Assembly (NCBI GenBank): GCA_951406725.2 | Contig: CATOCA020000001.1 | Location: forward strand, 8,866,001-8,930,000 | Direction of reading: 5' to 3' | DNA from: Octopus vulgaris | Lineage: Eukaryota | DNA: 64,000 bases | Part shown: positions 19,201 through 34,212 of the stretch, one piece after another | Layout: each line of letters starts with the position of its first letter | Position numbering within the stretch: the stretch's first letter is position 1 | Translations under genes and position numbers: made by a program | Notes under the pieces: generated by a model | The model's input: the letters and a program-made list of their open reading frames with translations, nothing else | Told to the model about the DNA's origin: nothing | The model's database searches: none

Positions 19201-19720
19201 CTCTCGCTTTTTTCTCTTTCTTTCTCCCTCTCGTTTTCTTTTTATCCTTCTTCCTCTCTCTCACTCTTTCATTTCTCTCTTTCTTCCTCTCGTTTCTTTC
19301 TCTCTCTCTCTTTCTTTTCTCGCTCTCTCACTTTTTTCTCCTTCTTTCTCCCTCTCGTTTTCTTTTTATCCTTCTTCCTCTCTCTGACTCTTTCATTTCT
19401 CTCTTTCTTCCTCTCGTTTCTTTTCTCTCTCTCATTTCTTTCTCACTCTCTCACTTTTCTCTCCCTTCTTTCTCCCTCGTTTTCTTTTTATCCTTCTTCC
19501 TCTATCTCACTATTTCATTTCTCTCTCTTTATTTTCTCTCTCCTTTTCTTTTTTCAATCTCTTTCTCTTAATCTTTTCTCTCCTTTTTTCTCTCTCTCTC
19601 TTTCTCTGTTTCGTTTCTCTTTTTGTCTTCTCTATAATTCTCTCTCAATTTTCCTTTTCTTTCTTCTATTTTTCTATTCTTCTCTTCTTTTTTCTCTTTC
19701 CTTTTCTTTCTTCTTCTTGT
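13245..19720. repeat. ~6.5-kb polypyrimidine (CT-rich) tract with a ~120-bp satellite unit from ~15230 to ~19520
   Basis: Motif TATCCTTCTTCCTCTCTCTCACTCTTTCATTTCTC recurs about every 120 bp (e.g. 18060, 18181, 18303). Confidence 0.95.
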
Positions 19721-19935
19721 TTCAGTCATGAGACTGCGGCCATGCTGGGGCTCCTCCTCGATTTTGTCTTTTATGTGTGATACCTTTTCTGTCTAATTAG
19801 CACCAACCTATAGATCTCTTTTGCTTCAGGCCAAAGTAACAGGGATGCTAATACACCGACACCGATTATCAATTAGCAGTTAGGGACACACACTTGCATA
19901 GATACACATGCATACACATACACACACAAACACAA

Positions 19936-19968
<33 letters not shown>

Positions 19969-19984
19969 CGATTTAATAACACCT

Positions 19985-21420
19985 GTAAGGATGTGTTTTA
20001 TCTATTCACCAAAGTGAATGGAGCCTGCAGAAAGCTCTTATATCTGTCACACTTCCGTTCATGGGCCTCGTTACAACCCGCACCCCACGTGACTGTTCAT
20101 TCAATTATGATTTTCTGGGCCTTTACAGACCACAGAACCACATCAGGCCTCAGGGTTGTATGGATGAACTGGGGAAACTGCAATCTCTTCCTTAAATCTA
20201 CCTTCATATCCCATGGTTGAGACCCTTGCAGCAAGCTGTGTATTGCTTTTGCTGGCTTTACTGGTTCCTGTCCCTCTTTCACGAACTTAATTGCGGCAGT
20301 TATCTTCCCTTGGTGATGATGTTTCTTACACCTTTACTGCTCCAGGGTGTGAGCAAGTATTTGTATCTGCCTTGAGAAAGTGTTATTCTGCACCCTGCCA
20401 AGATGTGTGCCAGAGTGCCCCTTTCCCACAAAGTCTACACAGCTGGTCTTCCCTCAAACCTTATCTGTCCTGGTTTGTTGACGTCGGGAGTGTGTCATAC
20501 ACTGCTCCATGCAGGAAGGAGATGTGCAAAGGTTCCAGCCTCCACAGGTCAGTCCATGTGAGCTTCTTCTTAGGGAGATCCCATTTAGTCCATGCACTCA
20601 GAGATACCAACTCCACAGCTCTTTATTTCCTTTTATCTTCCTCCTGGTACCGCACCGCTTTCTCGGTCATAGCCCGCCTCTCCTTGGTGTCTACTTTCTT
20701 CTATTGTTGGAAATAGGAAGAGCCAAGTCCCTGGTGACCCCAACATGTAGCTCCAATTATGACGCGTGGCTCCAGTATGCCTTCAGCCTGAGCGAAAGCG
20801 GTGCTAGTTACCCACACCTTGTGGTAATACCTGCATGTCTGACAAGCTCGTCCTTAGGGACTCTGTACATCATTACATTACATTTTGCTACTTTAAATTC
20901 CTCCATTAAATACAACAGGGGAAGTTGTAGCCTTCCAGATCTTATGGACAGGCCTACTGAAGTGAAGCTTGGGAAACTCCTAGCAATCTTCGGAGGTATT
21001 TAGTTATCTTTCTCTCCACCCTTTCCACACTTGTCATTGGAGCATCATACAGCGTCAGCAACCATATGAGTCTTGGGAGCAGTCTGTGTTGGTAGAGCCA
21101 TGCCCTGAACTTTCCTGGAAGCCCTGATCTATCAATCCTCATCAGCCACTCCTCTGCTTGCTTTACAATTTTGGTGACATTGCTTCTCTCTGACAGTGAC
21201 TTGTCAAACATCTTTTCAAGTCATTTACTAGGATTTACCTCTATTGATGGAATGCTCCTTGCACTTGGGGCCTGATTTTGTTGGTTACCTTACTGCCCTC
21301 CCTGATTACCATGCTCCCCCGAAATGCATAGGAAGATGGTTCAATTCATGCATAAGCTCAATGAAGAGAAAGAAAACCACTTTATGTTTGTCACTGAATC
21401 TAATACAAAGTAATTATTTG
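19985..21420 (-). mobile_element. Degenerate HERO-like (R2-group, RLE endonuclease) non-LTR retrotransposon fragment
   Basis: IDRSGLPGKFRAWLYQH..LPRLIW.L..Y and LRPDVVLWS..QKIIIE(*TV.W) motifs; many frameshifts. Confidence 0.75.
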
Positions 21421-22699
21421 AGACTAGATATATGTGGGAACTTCTGGATGACACCAACTTCTGTTGAATACGTTCAAAATGTGAAAAAGTGGATACAAAT
21501 GAAAGGAAACGATGGGGGAATAAAAACATAAATGAGGCAGAGCTTCATTTTAAATTAAATGCTTCGTTAGTACTTTGTAGCCATACAAAATGTTAAAAGG
21601 TGTGAGTTGTTCATACACAACTGTAATACATCTGTTTAGACAACAATATCAACATCATCTGGAGGAAAACACCTACCATCACAAAGTTGCAGACATACAC
21701 CCACCATTGAATTACAGGTATGATGGTCATCAAGAAAATAAAGGATGCTTCTTTCTGCATTTCACCATCTGTCAGCTCTCTTCACTCCTAATTTAAAACC
21801 AAGATTTCTGGTCTCCTACCAACAGAATCTCTATAAATTTAACAGAATCATTCTACCAACTGCTTCCTAAACATGACGGTCCTATACCAGGGATTCTCAA
21901 ACCTTTTAAATGTGGTTTCTTTTCATTTACCAAGGATTTCTCAATGTCCCTTTCCTTGCTACGACTCTATATAACACATTTTTAATGTCGTTTCAATTAA
22001 TACCAGATCAGATTAATTTCCCTCTCGATCCTAGTCTTGACATGGGTGACTACTTACCACAGAACCTTCACCAGAATAAGTGAATACTTGATGCTTCCCC
22101 ACTTAGTTTTCTTTACTGATCCAACCGTTGATACATAGCTTCAGTAAAACTCGGGTACACATTATTTGTGTTTCATATATACATGACCTCATATGCTATT
22201 TTCCCACAGCGCCCCCACACATTAGTAGTACTGACCTCACTGGGAAATCCTGCTCAATATTCCTGCAGACAATATCTTATCGAGTGACTACCATCCAGTC
22301 ATTCTAACTTCCAATGGTTCAATTATGAAGTAAAAAGTCACAAACAACCATCATATTTGTCCCTTTAGGTATCTTTCATTATTCAATGCTCACCAGTACA
22401 ATTTTATAAAGCCAGATCAAGAGGGGCTTGGTACATATGTGACACACCAGTGTTTTCATATGTTTGACAAAATCTGCATAAAATGGTGTAGCCCTTGACA
22501 TCAGTAAAACCTTCGACTGCGTATGGCAAGAGGACTTCTTTAAAAAGCCACCATCCATCTACAGATTCCATCTGTTTCTCATCTCATCTGAAAATTTCAT
22601 GTCAGAATACTCCCTTGCAGTGTGTGATGATGGGTTTCTCTCTCATTCACATTCCATCTACTTTGCCATGCTAAAAATTTGGTCAAGAATAATATTATA

Positions 22700-22900
22700 T
22701 TTTCTACTCAAGGCACAAGGCCTGACATTTTTTGGGGAGGGGGCCAGTCGATTAGACCGACCACAGTAGGCAACTAGTACTTAATATACCGACCTAGGAA
22801 GGATGACAAGAAAAGTCGACCTCGGCGGAATTTGATCTCAGAACGTAAACACAGACGAAACATTTCACCTGGCATGCTAACGATTCTGCCATCTCGCTGC
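22700..22900 (-). mobile_element. tRNA-derived SINE family 2 (also 34235-34425 and 37255-37420)
   Basis: Shared GTCGACCTCGGCGGAATTTGAACTCAGAACGTAAAGACAGACGAAA core (reverse-complement B-box GTTC.AA.CC) at three loci. Confidence 0.75.
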
Positions 22901-23068
22901 TTTGGTCAATACTTTTATTATAACATTAATGGCAATTAGAGGAAAGAGATGAAGAAAGAAAAGAAATATTATGGAGAAATAAATGGAGTTAGTTTGAAGT
23001 TTTCAAATTGCGTATAAAATAATAAAGAAATAGGCAAATTTGAGAAAGCAATAAACAGAACAACTTAC

Positions 23069-23146
23069 TTCGCCTGGCCTCTCCTCAATTAAGATTTTCA
23101 ATCCTTCCACATCATTATTTCTAATTTTATCAAAGATTGAGTCCAT
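23069..23146 (-). CDS. ANK-RING gene copy A, first coding exon (MDSIFDKIRNNDVEGLKILIEERPGE)
   Basis: Acceptor ttattcAG ending at 23152, ATG at 23146, 26 codons, GTAAGT donor in phase 0 matching the next exon; resembles an ankyrin N-cap helix pair. Not in the ORF track. Confidence 0.7.
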
Positions 23147-23738
23147 GTCTTCTGAATAAAAGATGTCAAAAAAAGAGTAAAACAGTTTTTAAAAACATAT
23201 AATATGAGGTAAACAACAATAAACAGAAATTAATGGTTCTAAAATCTTGCAAAAGATAACATTGATATTGTAAACTTCAGTTTATCTAAAGTATTATTCA
23301 TAGCCGAATGTTCTTCTTGACACTAATAAACCTAACAACAGTCGTTGTGTTGTGTCTCTATGTTAGATTACAGATTGACTGGTTCCAATTAAACCCTCAA
23401 TATTTGAATGTACAGTCTGTTGATCAGCTACGTAGAGGCATCGTACATGTTGAGCTATAAATCTGTGGATCATACCCCAGCTACGGTGGAGGGCACTTTA
23501 TATCAAAGACAAACTGATTCTCCAAAGAAAGGTAAATTTACGAAAAATAGTAAAAGAATCAATGAAACAGAGTTTGTTCAATAAAACCTCCTGTATTCAT
23601 CTTTGTCGCTACACTAGCAAAGTAGATGAGATCAAATCAGACACTATCAACAAGTGCTTACTTTATAGATTTTTACAAATATCTTTATGACTATTTCAAA
23701 ATTATTTAATAAATTTCCCTTATATATACATACATACA

Positions 23739-23806
<68 letters not shown>

Positions 23807-24147
23807 TATATCATTGCCATCATCACTTAACGTCCACTTTTCATCCATTCATGAGTAAGATGGGTGACAGGAGCAGGCCAGGTAGAAAAAAACTACCCTG
23901 GGCTATTGTCTATTTTGGAAGGGATTTTACAGCTGGATGCCCTTCCAAACGCCAACCACCAGTTTTGTCCCACTGTATGACACCTTGGGCAAGTACCTTC
24001 TTCTAAATCCCATGGTTGAGCAAGGCTTCTGAGTGGATTAAATAGAGATAATCTGAGAGAAGTCCATCGCACAACGCTGGACAAAATCTGATGACCGGTG
24101 AAAACAACTGCCAAAATGAAGTATTTGTGTGTGTGTGAGTGTACGTA

Positions 24148-24222
<75 letters not shown>

Positions 24223-24242
24223 TATATATATATATATTCATA

Positions 24243-24303
<61 letters not shown>

Positions 24304-24344
24304 TATATATATATATATATTCATATATATATATATATATATTC

Positions 24345-24386
<42 letters not shown>

Positions 24387-24540
24387 TCATATATATATAT
24401 ATATATATATATAATTAATTAATAAGGGTGAGAGAATTAGATACTAATTTAATAGTATATTTATTCAACACCAAGTGGCCTAGTGCTACGAGAAACCTGG
24501 ATTATTATAATATTTTATAACATATTACAATACTTTTACA

Positions 24541-25071
<531 letters not shown>

Positions 25072-25077
25072 TATATA

Positions 25078-25225
<148 letters not shown>

Positions 25226-25792
25226 CCTGCTTGAGTGTGTGTGTGTGTATGTTTGATTTTACTGAACATTGCTCAGCTATGAACGATTAGATTATCATTT
25301 TCCCTGTTAATAGACAAACCATTGGAATAAGTGATCCCTTGAACAACAGGTAAGGGTTAATAACATGAAGGGGATCCAGATACAAAAAGAATGGATCAAT
25401 AATATACTCATACAAACCATGGTAGTATGGAGAAAAGGTGTAAAATAATTGCTTTATATGCATATACGTACATATATAAGTCTATGTATGTGTATACTCG
25501 TGTGCATGTGTGAGTAGCTGTATGGCATAGTGATTCGGGTGTTACCCTCACAATAGCTAGATCGTGGGTTTGATTCTTGCAATGCCCTTCCTTTCCCAAG
25601 ACTTCCGAATGTTCGCCTGCTTTCCTAACCAGTGGAGTGGCATCATTGAAAACGTCAAACAATGCAAAGCACATTGTGACCAGTGATGTGTAACATCTGG
25701 CAGTATACTCGATCATGTGACTACATGATTATATATATATGTATATATATATTTATATGTGTGTGTGTGTCTTTTGTTTTCTGTAAATTTGT

Positions 25793-25837
<45 letters not shown>

Positions 25838-26253
25838 AAGGTTGGAATTTAAAACTATTTCTTGTGAAGAGTATCGACTAGTAACCTTTAACTAAGATCT
25901 TAATACATAAGCATTACGAAAGATGTTTTATGAATACATTTGTGTACACCACACACCGAGACAAAGGCCAGGGGACTGCTAGTATATATTATACACACAC
26001 ATACATACACATACATACGCATAGCAGACTTAATAACATAGGCTAAGAGAAGAATAAGATAGGGAGGAATTGGAGGAAGCGAGGTATTGAAATAAACACT
26101 GGGTTTACAATTTGAAGTTCGGAAGTGTGGAAGTTGTAAAGATAATTTATGGACAGCTCAGAAAGAAAGCTAAAACAGCAAAAGGAGTGGGAGGGAGTTA
26201 CAGTTACAGACGCTAAATACATGAAACTTGACTTTATCACTTTTACACACAAC

Positions 26254-26286
<33 letters not shown>

Positions 26287-27074
26287 TTATATTCAGTTTT
26301 AAAAGTCTTTTACTTGTTTCAGGCACTTGACAGCGACCATTCTGTAGCACCATCTTGAAAGGTTCTAGTTGAACAAATCAATCCCCGGACGTTTTTTCAG
26401 CCTAGTCCTTATTCTATCGGTATCCTTAAGCGAATCGCAAATTTATGGTGATGTAAACACACACGGATATATAAATATGTGACGGGTCTCTTTCACTTCC
26501 CATCTAACAAATTCAATCTCAAGGCTTCAAGGAATTGAACGCAGAACCATGTGGTGAGGAAGCATGCTTCTTACCACACAGCCATTCCTGTGACTATATA
26601 CACAGATATATACATATATGAATTTTGTAGTGTCCAGGGAGTCATTATGCCAATATCATTAACACACGCACTGGTTCAATTCCACTTCTTTATTGTTTGT
26701 CAATATTAAATTCATTTGTTTTCAAAATATTTTCTTTTCTAAGATGAACATAATTTTTACACAATTCATCGATGAACGAAATGTAAAGAAACATACAGGC
26801 ACGAACACACATTTACCCACTCACACACACACACACAAGCACATGCATAGGTGTATATAAACATGTATGCCTATGTATGAGTGTATACACACACATACAC
26901 ATACATACATATAAATGTATAATGATAAATGAATATTTATTGAACCGATTTTTATGAAGTTTGGTAAACGAATGAAATAAAGTCACGAGATTGAATTTAG
27001 AAACAACAAAAATGAATTGCATGTTACGGGATTTATTGTGGATTTTTTAAAGATATTTTACTTCAGAACATTCA

Positions 27075-27430
27075 GGCGCAGGAGTGGCTGTGTGGTAAGT
27101 AGCTTGCTAACCAACCACATGGTTCCGGGTTCAGTCCCACTGCGTGGCATCTGTCTTCTGCTATAGCCCCGGGCCGACGAATGCCTTGTGAGTGGATTTG
27201 GTAGACGGAAACTGAAAGAAGCCTGTCGTATATATGTATATATGTGTATGTGTGTGTGTTTGTCCCCCTAGCATTACGTCCCTGTCACTTAGCGGTTCGG
27301 CAAAAGAGACCGATAGAATAAGTACTGGGCTTACAAAGAATAAGTCCCGGGGTCGAGCTGCTCGACTAAAGGCGGTGCTCCAGCATGGCCGCAGTCAAAT
27401 GACTCAAACAAGTAAAAGAGTAAAGAGAGC
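27075..27430 (+). mobile_element. tRNA-derived SINE family 1 (cephalopod-type)
   Basis: Head GGCGCAGGAGTGGCTGTGTGGTAAG...GGTTCAGTCCC (A/B boxes), internal TA/TG repeat, tail ...CAGCATGGCCGCAGTCAAATGACT.AAACAAGTAAAAGAG. Confidence 0.85.
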
Positions 27431-28329
27431 AAAGAGAGTATGATGCGTAGAAGACAACATAACATTTTTTCAATCATCTGAAGCTCAAAGCTCCCGAAGT
27501 TGAAGGTCTATGGAGACACAAGAAGAAAGGCAGGACAGGCACGGAGACAAAGAAATGTCGTAGAGACACAACAGCAACAGGAAGTAAAACATCCGTTTCA
27601 AACAACCAGGCAAGCCTGCTGGAGGGAACAAGCGACACCAGAGGGGAAACGACAGAGGTTCGAGTCTCAAGCCATTAGAATATACGTCAACAGAACAACT
27701 TCAAAGTAACGCAGATAGAAATGCCTGCTACAGAGTACAGGAAACATCAATGTAACGACAAGTCAGGTTGGAATTTAGAACTTTATCTTTTGGAGAGGAG
27801 CGACTAGTAACCTTTAACTAAGATCTTAATACATAAGCATTACGATAGATGTTTTATGAATACATTTGTGTAGAGTACACACTGGGTCAAAGGTCGGGTG
27901 AGCGCTTGAATATATTATAAATACACAAATTTGGTGATTTGTTTTATCTACTTCTTTTCCCCAAGAGCTTCATGCATTAGTGAACAGTCAACAGCGTTGG
28001 AGACCATGGAGATTAAATTTCTGAATATTTGAAAAGAGTTTCCTGTATCATTGTAATTTTTGGTGGATATCAAAATGCCGACATCACGACTGATGCTCAA
28101 TGCTCTGTGAATACTGTAAAGGCTGTGAGATGTGACACACGCATGAGACTGTGAATCTGTAGCTACTGGGAAGGGACATAGTAGGAGTTCTGATTGTGTC
28201 TGCACCACACCACAATTCATTGCCACATCGTTGAGCAGGCAATGAGTTACGCTCTATACAGACAGCTTTGTGAAACTACTGCAGACTGGGATCAAACTCT
28301 GGCTGGAGAGGATTGCCATTGGAAGGTCA

Positions 28330-28640
28330 TATGTGTGGCAGCAAGATTCATCTCTTCGTCATACCGCTGGAAGGAACCAGACGTGATTGTTGGAGATTTT
28401 CTACGACTGCCCCAGCCCGAATTTCTGGTCTTCTAATTCCCCTGATTGTAATACCCTGGATTACTATGTGAGGGGCGCAATTGAGAAAGATACCAACCAC
28501 TCTTCCTGCAGCACTAAGTCCAAGCGGATGACCAAGATCAAAGAGGGGTTCGAAAATCTCCCCAAGGACACAGTGAGGAACGCATATGCCAGGCTTTGAA
28601 GATATGTTGAGGCTGTGGTGGAAGTGAAGGGCAGATAATT
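28330..28640 (+). mobile_element. Tc1/mariner-superfamily transposase C-terminal remnant
   Basis: FWSSNSPDCNTLDYYV.GAIE matches the WPPNSPDLNPLDY.VW motif. Confidence 0.75.
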
Positions 28641-28779
28641 TCAGTAAACCTTTATCTCTCAGCCAAAACCTAGTTTTGACAGGTTTTGAATTTTTAAAAC
28701 GCTTATTTTTGGATGTGATGAGGAGTTTTATTTTCCATGTGTTTGTGAAAACTGTCAAATGTATTCTTGTGTTCTTTTG

Positions 28780-29010
28780 TTTTTACTTCCTTCAGTCATT
28801 TGACTGCGGCCATGCAGGAGCACCACTATTAGGCGAGCAAATCGACCCCACGATATATTCTTTGTAAACCTATTACTTATTCTTAGTCTCTAAATTATTC
28901 TTAGTCACTAAATTAGAGGGATGTAAACACACCAGCATCGGTTGTCAAGCGATGTTGGCGGGGGGATAAACACAGATACACAAACACAAACGCACACTTA
29001 CACACACATA

Positions 29011-29067
<57 letters not shown>

Positions 29068-29225
29068 TATATAAATAAATATGGCGGACTTCTTTCAGTT
29101 TTCGTCTACCAAATCCAGTCACAAGGCTTTGTTTGGCCCGAGACTATAGTAGAAAACACTTGCCGAAGGTGCCACGTAGTGGAACCCAGATCCATTTGGT
29201 TGCTAAGCAAGCTTCTTATCACACA
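28780..29225 (-). mobile_element. SINE family 1 copy
   Basis: Reverse complement of the same consensus; other decayed copies near 3290-3645, 5495-5700, 19715-19890, 26300-26590 and 50420-50790. Confidence 0.8.
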
Positions 29226-29241
29226 CACACGCATTTCTGTG

Positions 29242-29286
<45 letters not shown>

Positions 29287-29689
29287 AAAATGGGTTTTTA
29301 TTCATGTTTGTTGCAGCTCTAGTTGCGATCTCTCAACTATATAGAAGCCGTCAGTTTATCGAAATTTCCTTGGAAAATTGATTTGGGAAAAAAGTGTACA
29401 AATCTCGATGCCAACACATTGTTACTGTTTCTTATTGTACACTGTCCTCTTTTGTTCTACAAAAACCTGCCACACACTGCTTGACGCTTACAGACCTGGA
29501 TCTTATTCCTTTATATAGAGCGAGATACTGACACAAACACACACACACACATATACACACACATATTACACACGTTCGTAGGCACAAGAGTAACTGTGGC
29601 AAGAAGCAATTATCTTCTGTTATAGCCGTCAGCTGACCAAAGCCTTATAAGTTGTGTATGGTGAGTGCATCTCCGACCGGGTCGATCAA

Positions 29690-30735
29690 TTTGCTCAGTA
29701 GAGTAGTATTGTTCCTATACGCCAGGTTGGTAAAATGGTTAAGTCTCGAAGGCACCACCAGATACTTTCTTACAGACCTTGGCCATCAGACAATCGATGA
29801 CACAGTTGAAAAGGTCAGGGGTGGCCTTGCAATCTTTTTGATCCCCTGTTAATGGAGAACCAGTCAGAATCCTTGCCGTTCACCCGCACGCAGCACTCGG
29901 TACTGCTATACACCTGTTGGAACAGGGTGATGGTCTTGGGAGGCGCGTCGACAAGCTTGAGAACTTTCGATGGTTGGGACACTCATATTTAAGTTGCAAG
30001 TGAATCTCGTCACCAAGAACCATCCCCGCCATGATTCCTCCTGTCTCCATGATCCTAACATCGCGCCTCAATATTCGCGGGTTCTTTGATCAATCGCTTC
30101 ATTACCCTGGCTGACAATGAGACTGTCAACTGAGAGATCTTCAAATCAAATGTCAACCAGTCTGCACATTATTTCCTGGTAAACACAATACTTCTTCCGA
30201 AGGATCTTGAAGGTAATCAATTACCACCTGGAGGCCCGAATGCGTGGCGATATGAATGAGTACAGCAGGATCGACCCGAAATGCAGCAATGCCCGTCTCA
30301 GATAAAAGAGGGAAATTCTGGGCAGAAGAAGCCGAACGTCTGGAGGCAGCATCAATGAGCGACGACATACACCAGGTGTTGAACATACTCCAAAGAGCCT
30401 GTGCTTGTCTCCAGTTCAAGACAGCACAGGTGAAGGATACCAATGACAACGCCGTAGTCAAGGAAACCACCTGCTTCAAACGCTGGAAGGAGAGCTTTAG
30501 CCTTCTTCTTCATCACCCAACTGTTCCCATCCATCGCAGCCTAACCGTCGCTATAGACTCATCCGCAACCACATTACTTACAGGTTGTGTCCTATCACCC
30601 CGACGTGGTCAGAGCCACCCTGAAGAAGCTCAACAACAGCAAAACCCTTGGAATCTACACTATCACTGCAGAGATTTTGAAGGCGGGCGGATAAATCATG
30701 ATTCAGTGACCAGCCCACATCATCCACCAGCACCA
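29690..30735 (+). mobile_element. Degenerate RTE-like LINE fragment (endonuclease to RT linker)
   Basis: DKRGKFWAEEAERLEAA...KDTNDNAV...KRWKESFSLLL motifs typical of the RTE inter-domain region; frameshifted. Confidence 0.6.
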
Positions 30736-30847
30736 GTGTGTCTTTCTGTCTGTCTGTCTATCTATCTGTCTGTCTGTCTATCTATCTATCTGTTTGTCTG
30801 TCTGCCTGACTTTCTAACTGTCTTTCTAAATCTGTTTGTGTGTGTGT

Positions 30848-30884
<37 letters not shown>

Positions 30885-31428
30885 TGTGTATCGCAACATC
30901 CACTTCGTAGCCGGTGGTGGTCCATTTTCCTCGACATAACTTAGCGGCTCTGCATTGATAGAATAAGTATCAGGTTAAACAAATAAGACCTGGGGTCTAT
31001 TCACCATTTGACTAAAATCTTTCCAGGCGATGCCCAAGCATGGCCATAGTCGACTGACATAAGTATGTATACCTCCTTGCGACGATGTAAACTTTCATTT
31101 AATCAAGATATCTTTGGCCTTGAAAAGCAGCATCCAGTATACAACAATCTCGGTTATTTGCCATTTCCAAGGTTCTGCTTGCTATGAAACATATGTAACC
31201 CGGATCCTATCGACTCCATTCCTTAACTCTTGTATTCTAATTCGCACACCGGGCAACCCTAATCGCCTTCCGAGAAATAGGAAAATAAATTTTTTTAAAC
31301 GTTTCGAACTTCGATACGTAAAAACACCGAAACTTCCGCTTCAATAACGCACTATTGTCTTTGATCGTTTTCCCTACACCTCGATCAATGGATTTTATAT
31401 ATCACCTTACACACACACACACACACAC

Positions 31429-31484
<56 letters not shown>

Positions 31485-32114
31485 GTGATAGACGTTGAGA
31501 AACCAACTAAGTGATAGTATCTGTCCAATATACTGCTTGTAGTGTACGCAATTATTCTTACCCAAGCGCTAGTTCCAAGTGTGTGTGTGTGTATATAAAC
31601 ATATATAGGCATATGTATGAGCATGTATATATATATATATATATTTTGTATATATGAGAGGCTATGCAAGAAGCCATGGGCTTCTGGGTGTTTACACACA
31701 TATGTATCCAAAGGTCTGGAAATGGATATATACGTGTGTGCGCATGTGTGGTGATAAGGGTGTGGGTATGATCGAGTTTGGATATGCATGTATATAATTA
31801 TGTACGCACATGTATATGGGTGTGAATGTATATCTGGTTAGTGGTAGTATAGGTGCATCTGTGGTTCTGTAGTTATATGTATGTATGCTTGCATGGGCTG
31901 AGTATAGACAGGTATAGATAGGAATACCCCATCGCTTTTTGTCTAACAAGGGTATGTTATTCCATACTCCTATTAGGAATATTCTACATAAACCTAGCTT
32001 ATGCAATGGGTCTAAGAACCCGTCTCTTATGAAACTTTACAAAAAACACACGCGTGACTAGTTTCTCATAGATGCTAGCATTTAGTAATTGAAAGGCACC
32101 CAATCAATGAACAG

Positions 32115-32121
32115 AATAATG

Positions 32122-32179
<58 letters not shown>

Positions 32180-32286
32180 TAATAATAATAATGATAATAA
32201 TAATAATAATAATAATGATAATAATAATAATAATGATAATAATGATAATAATAATAATAATAATAATAATGATGATGATGATGATG

Positions 32287-32335
<49 letters not shown>

Positions 32336-32349
32336 TGATAATAATAATG

Positions 32350-32389
<40 letters not shown>

Positions 32390-32415
32390 AGATAATAACA
32401 ATAAGAATAATAATA

Positions 32416-32446
<31 letters not shown>

Positions 32447-32470
32447 TAATAATAATCATAATAATAATAA
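32115..32470. repeat. (AAT)n microsatellite
   Basis: Directly visible; more (AAT)n at 33549-33620, 34152-34234 and 34426-34490. Confidence 0.97.
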
Positions 32471-33544
32471 GGAAGGAATGAAAACTGATCCAGATAGCGG
32501 CAAAACACGAGCAAAACAAAAAACTGTTCTCAGTATTTAAGGAAGCTGACAAATACAAACAAGAAATCATACCACCTAATAAACACGAAGAAGAAGAAGA
32601 AGAAGAAGATGAAGAAACAACAAAAGCTATAAAACAAATGAAATCCAAACTAAAAATAGAACAGCAACGAACCATGATAAAACGATGGCAAGAAAAGCCC
32701 CTTCATGGTAAATACTCCACTAAACTAAACGCAAAAGAAATAGACAAAGAAAAATCCCAGCAATGGTTGAGAAGCTCAGGACTCAAAGCAGAAACAGAGG
32801 GATTTTTAATTGCAGCACAAGACCAAAGCCTCCCCACCAGAAATTACCAAAAAAATGTAATGAAAAGAAATATTACAAGTAACTGCAGAATATGTGGAGA
32901 TGGACAAGAAACAATAAATCATATTATCTTTAGCTGCCCAGTCTTGGCTAAGAAGGAATATATTCACAGACATGACAGAGTTGGAACCTACATTGGAAGC
33001 TATGCCAACATTATGGAATAACAACAGAAAAAAGATGGTATAGGCACACACCAGAAAAGGTCACAGAAAACGAGAAAGCAACCATACTCTGGGATATGCC
33101 GATACACACAGATAGAGAAATTAAGGCCAACAGACCAGATATAGTTGTCAGAGATCATGAAGAAAAAAAATGCTTTCTAATTGATGTATCAATACCGGCT
33201 GATGCCAACGTGTCTCTAAAAGAAATGGAGAAACTCTCAAAATACAAAGACCTGGAAATAGAGGTAACTAGAATGTGGAATCTGAAAACAGAAACAATTC
33301 CTATCATAGTAGGTGCATTAGGCATGATAAAAAAATATTCAGACAAATACATAACAAAAACACCAGGACTTACAAACACATATAACATACAGAAAATTGC
33401 ACTACTAGGCACTGCACACATCCTACGCAGAACACTTTCCATACAATAACCATCAGAGCATCACAACAAATCACAGCACATACCCAAGGCACACTGAGCT
33501 GCGCTCGGTAGTGAAGTAAAAGCACGCTATAAAAAATAAAACTA

Positions 33545-33549
<5 letters not shown>
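32470..33549 (+). mobile_element. R4/Dong-clade non-LTR retrotransposon, 5'-truncated 3' end, in (TAA)n
   Basis: LKAETEGFLIAAQDQSLPTRNY, CRIC..ETINHI..CP knuckle and RPDIVV..LIDVSIP..K..KY.DL RLE motifs; frameshift near 32990; (AAT)n on both sides. Confidence 0.9.
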
Positions 33550-33623
<74 letters not shown>

Positions 33624-34151
33624 GATGTGATGCAGTACCATGTTGTGGCTCTCATGGCTTCTGATCTCAACTGATTAGAAGTGTTTTCATGTACATTGTT
33701 TTGTCTTGGTATAATTGATGGGCTACAGCAAATATTCTGCTCAAGACCACTGATTTGCTTGTCAGTTGTTTGACCTTAACCAGATGGGAATGTCTCTGAT
33801 CACGAGCAGAAATAGTGGGAAAGCATCATAGCCATGTGTTGAGTGGAAATCTTTGAGATTTTAATAGTTCACCTTTGGAAATACATGTGTTTTGTTCATC
33901 GTCCTTAAACAAACCTAATTCGGGGACCTTTTGAACAGGATGGGCTACTGAGCCTGAAGAAAATTCTAACTGGGCTCCACCTGCAAGATCATGCACTGTT
34001 TATCTTGATATAAGATTACCATATTGCGCACATGTGGTCGTGATGCATATACCTGGTGTACCCTTATCAGACAGGTAGTAATGAAGGGTATATTGGGCTT
34101 TCTATATTTTACCCTAGTGTCATTTTGGTGGCACGCGCTGCTCTTTCACCC

Positions 34152-34212
<61 letters not shown>

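Noticed and set aside
13210-19731. Very long Ser/Leu/Phe-rich ORFs (up to 1456 aa)
   Set aside because: CT-only sequence rarely forms stop codons; ORFs are open in all three frames; no domain signal.
27075-27150. tRNA genes at SINE heads
   Set aside because: A/B-box-like heads continue into a shared SINE body; no complete cloverleaf.
29360-29520. TATA-like and STAT/NF-kB-like motifs as the copy A promoter
   Set aside because: Short motifs expected by chance in AT-rich DNA; no linked first exon identified.
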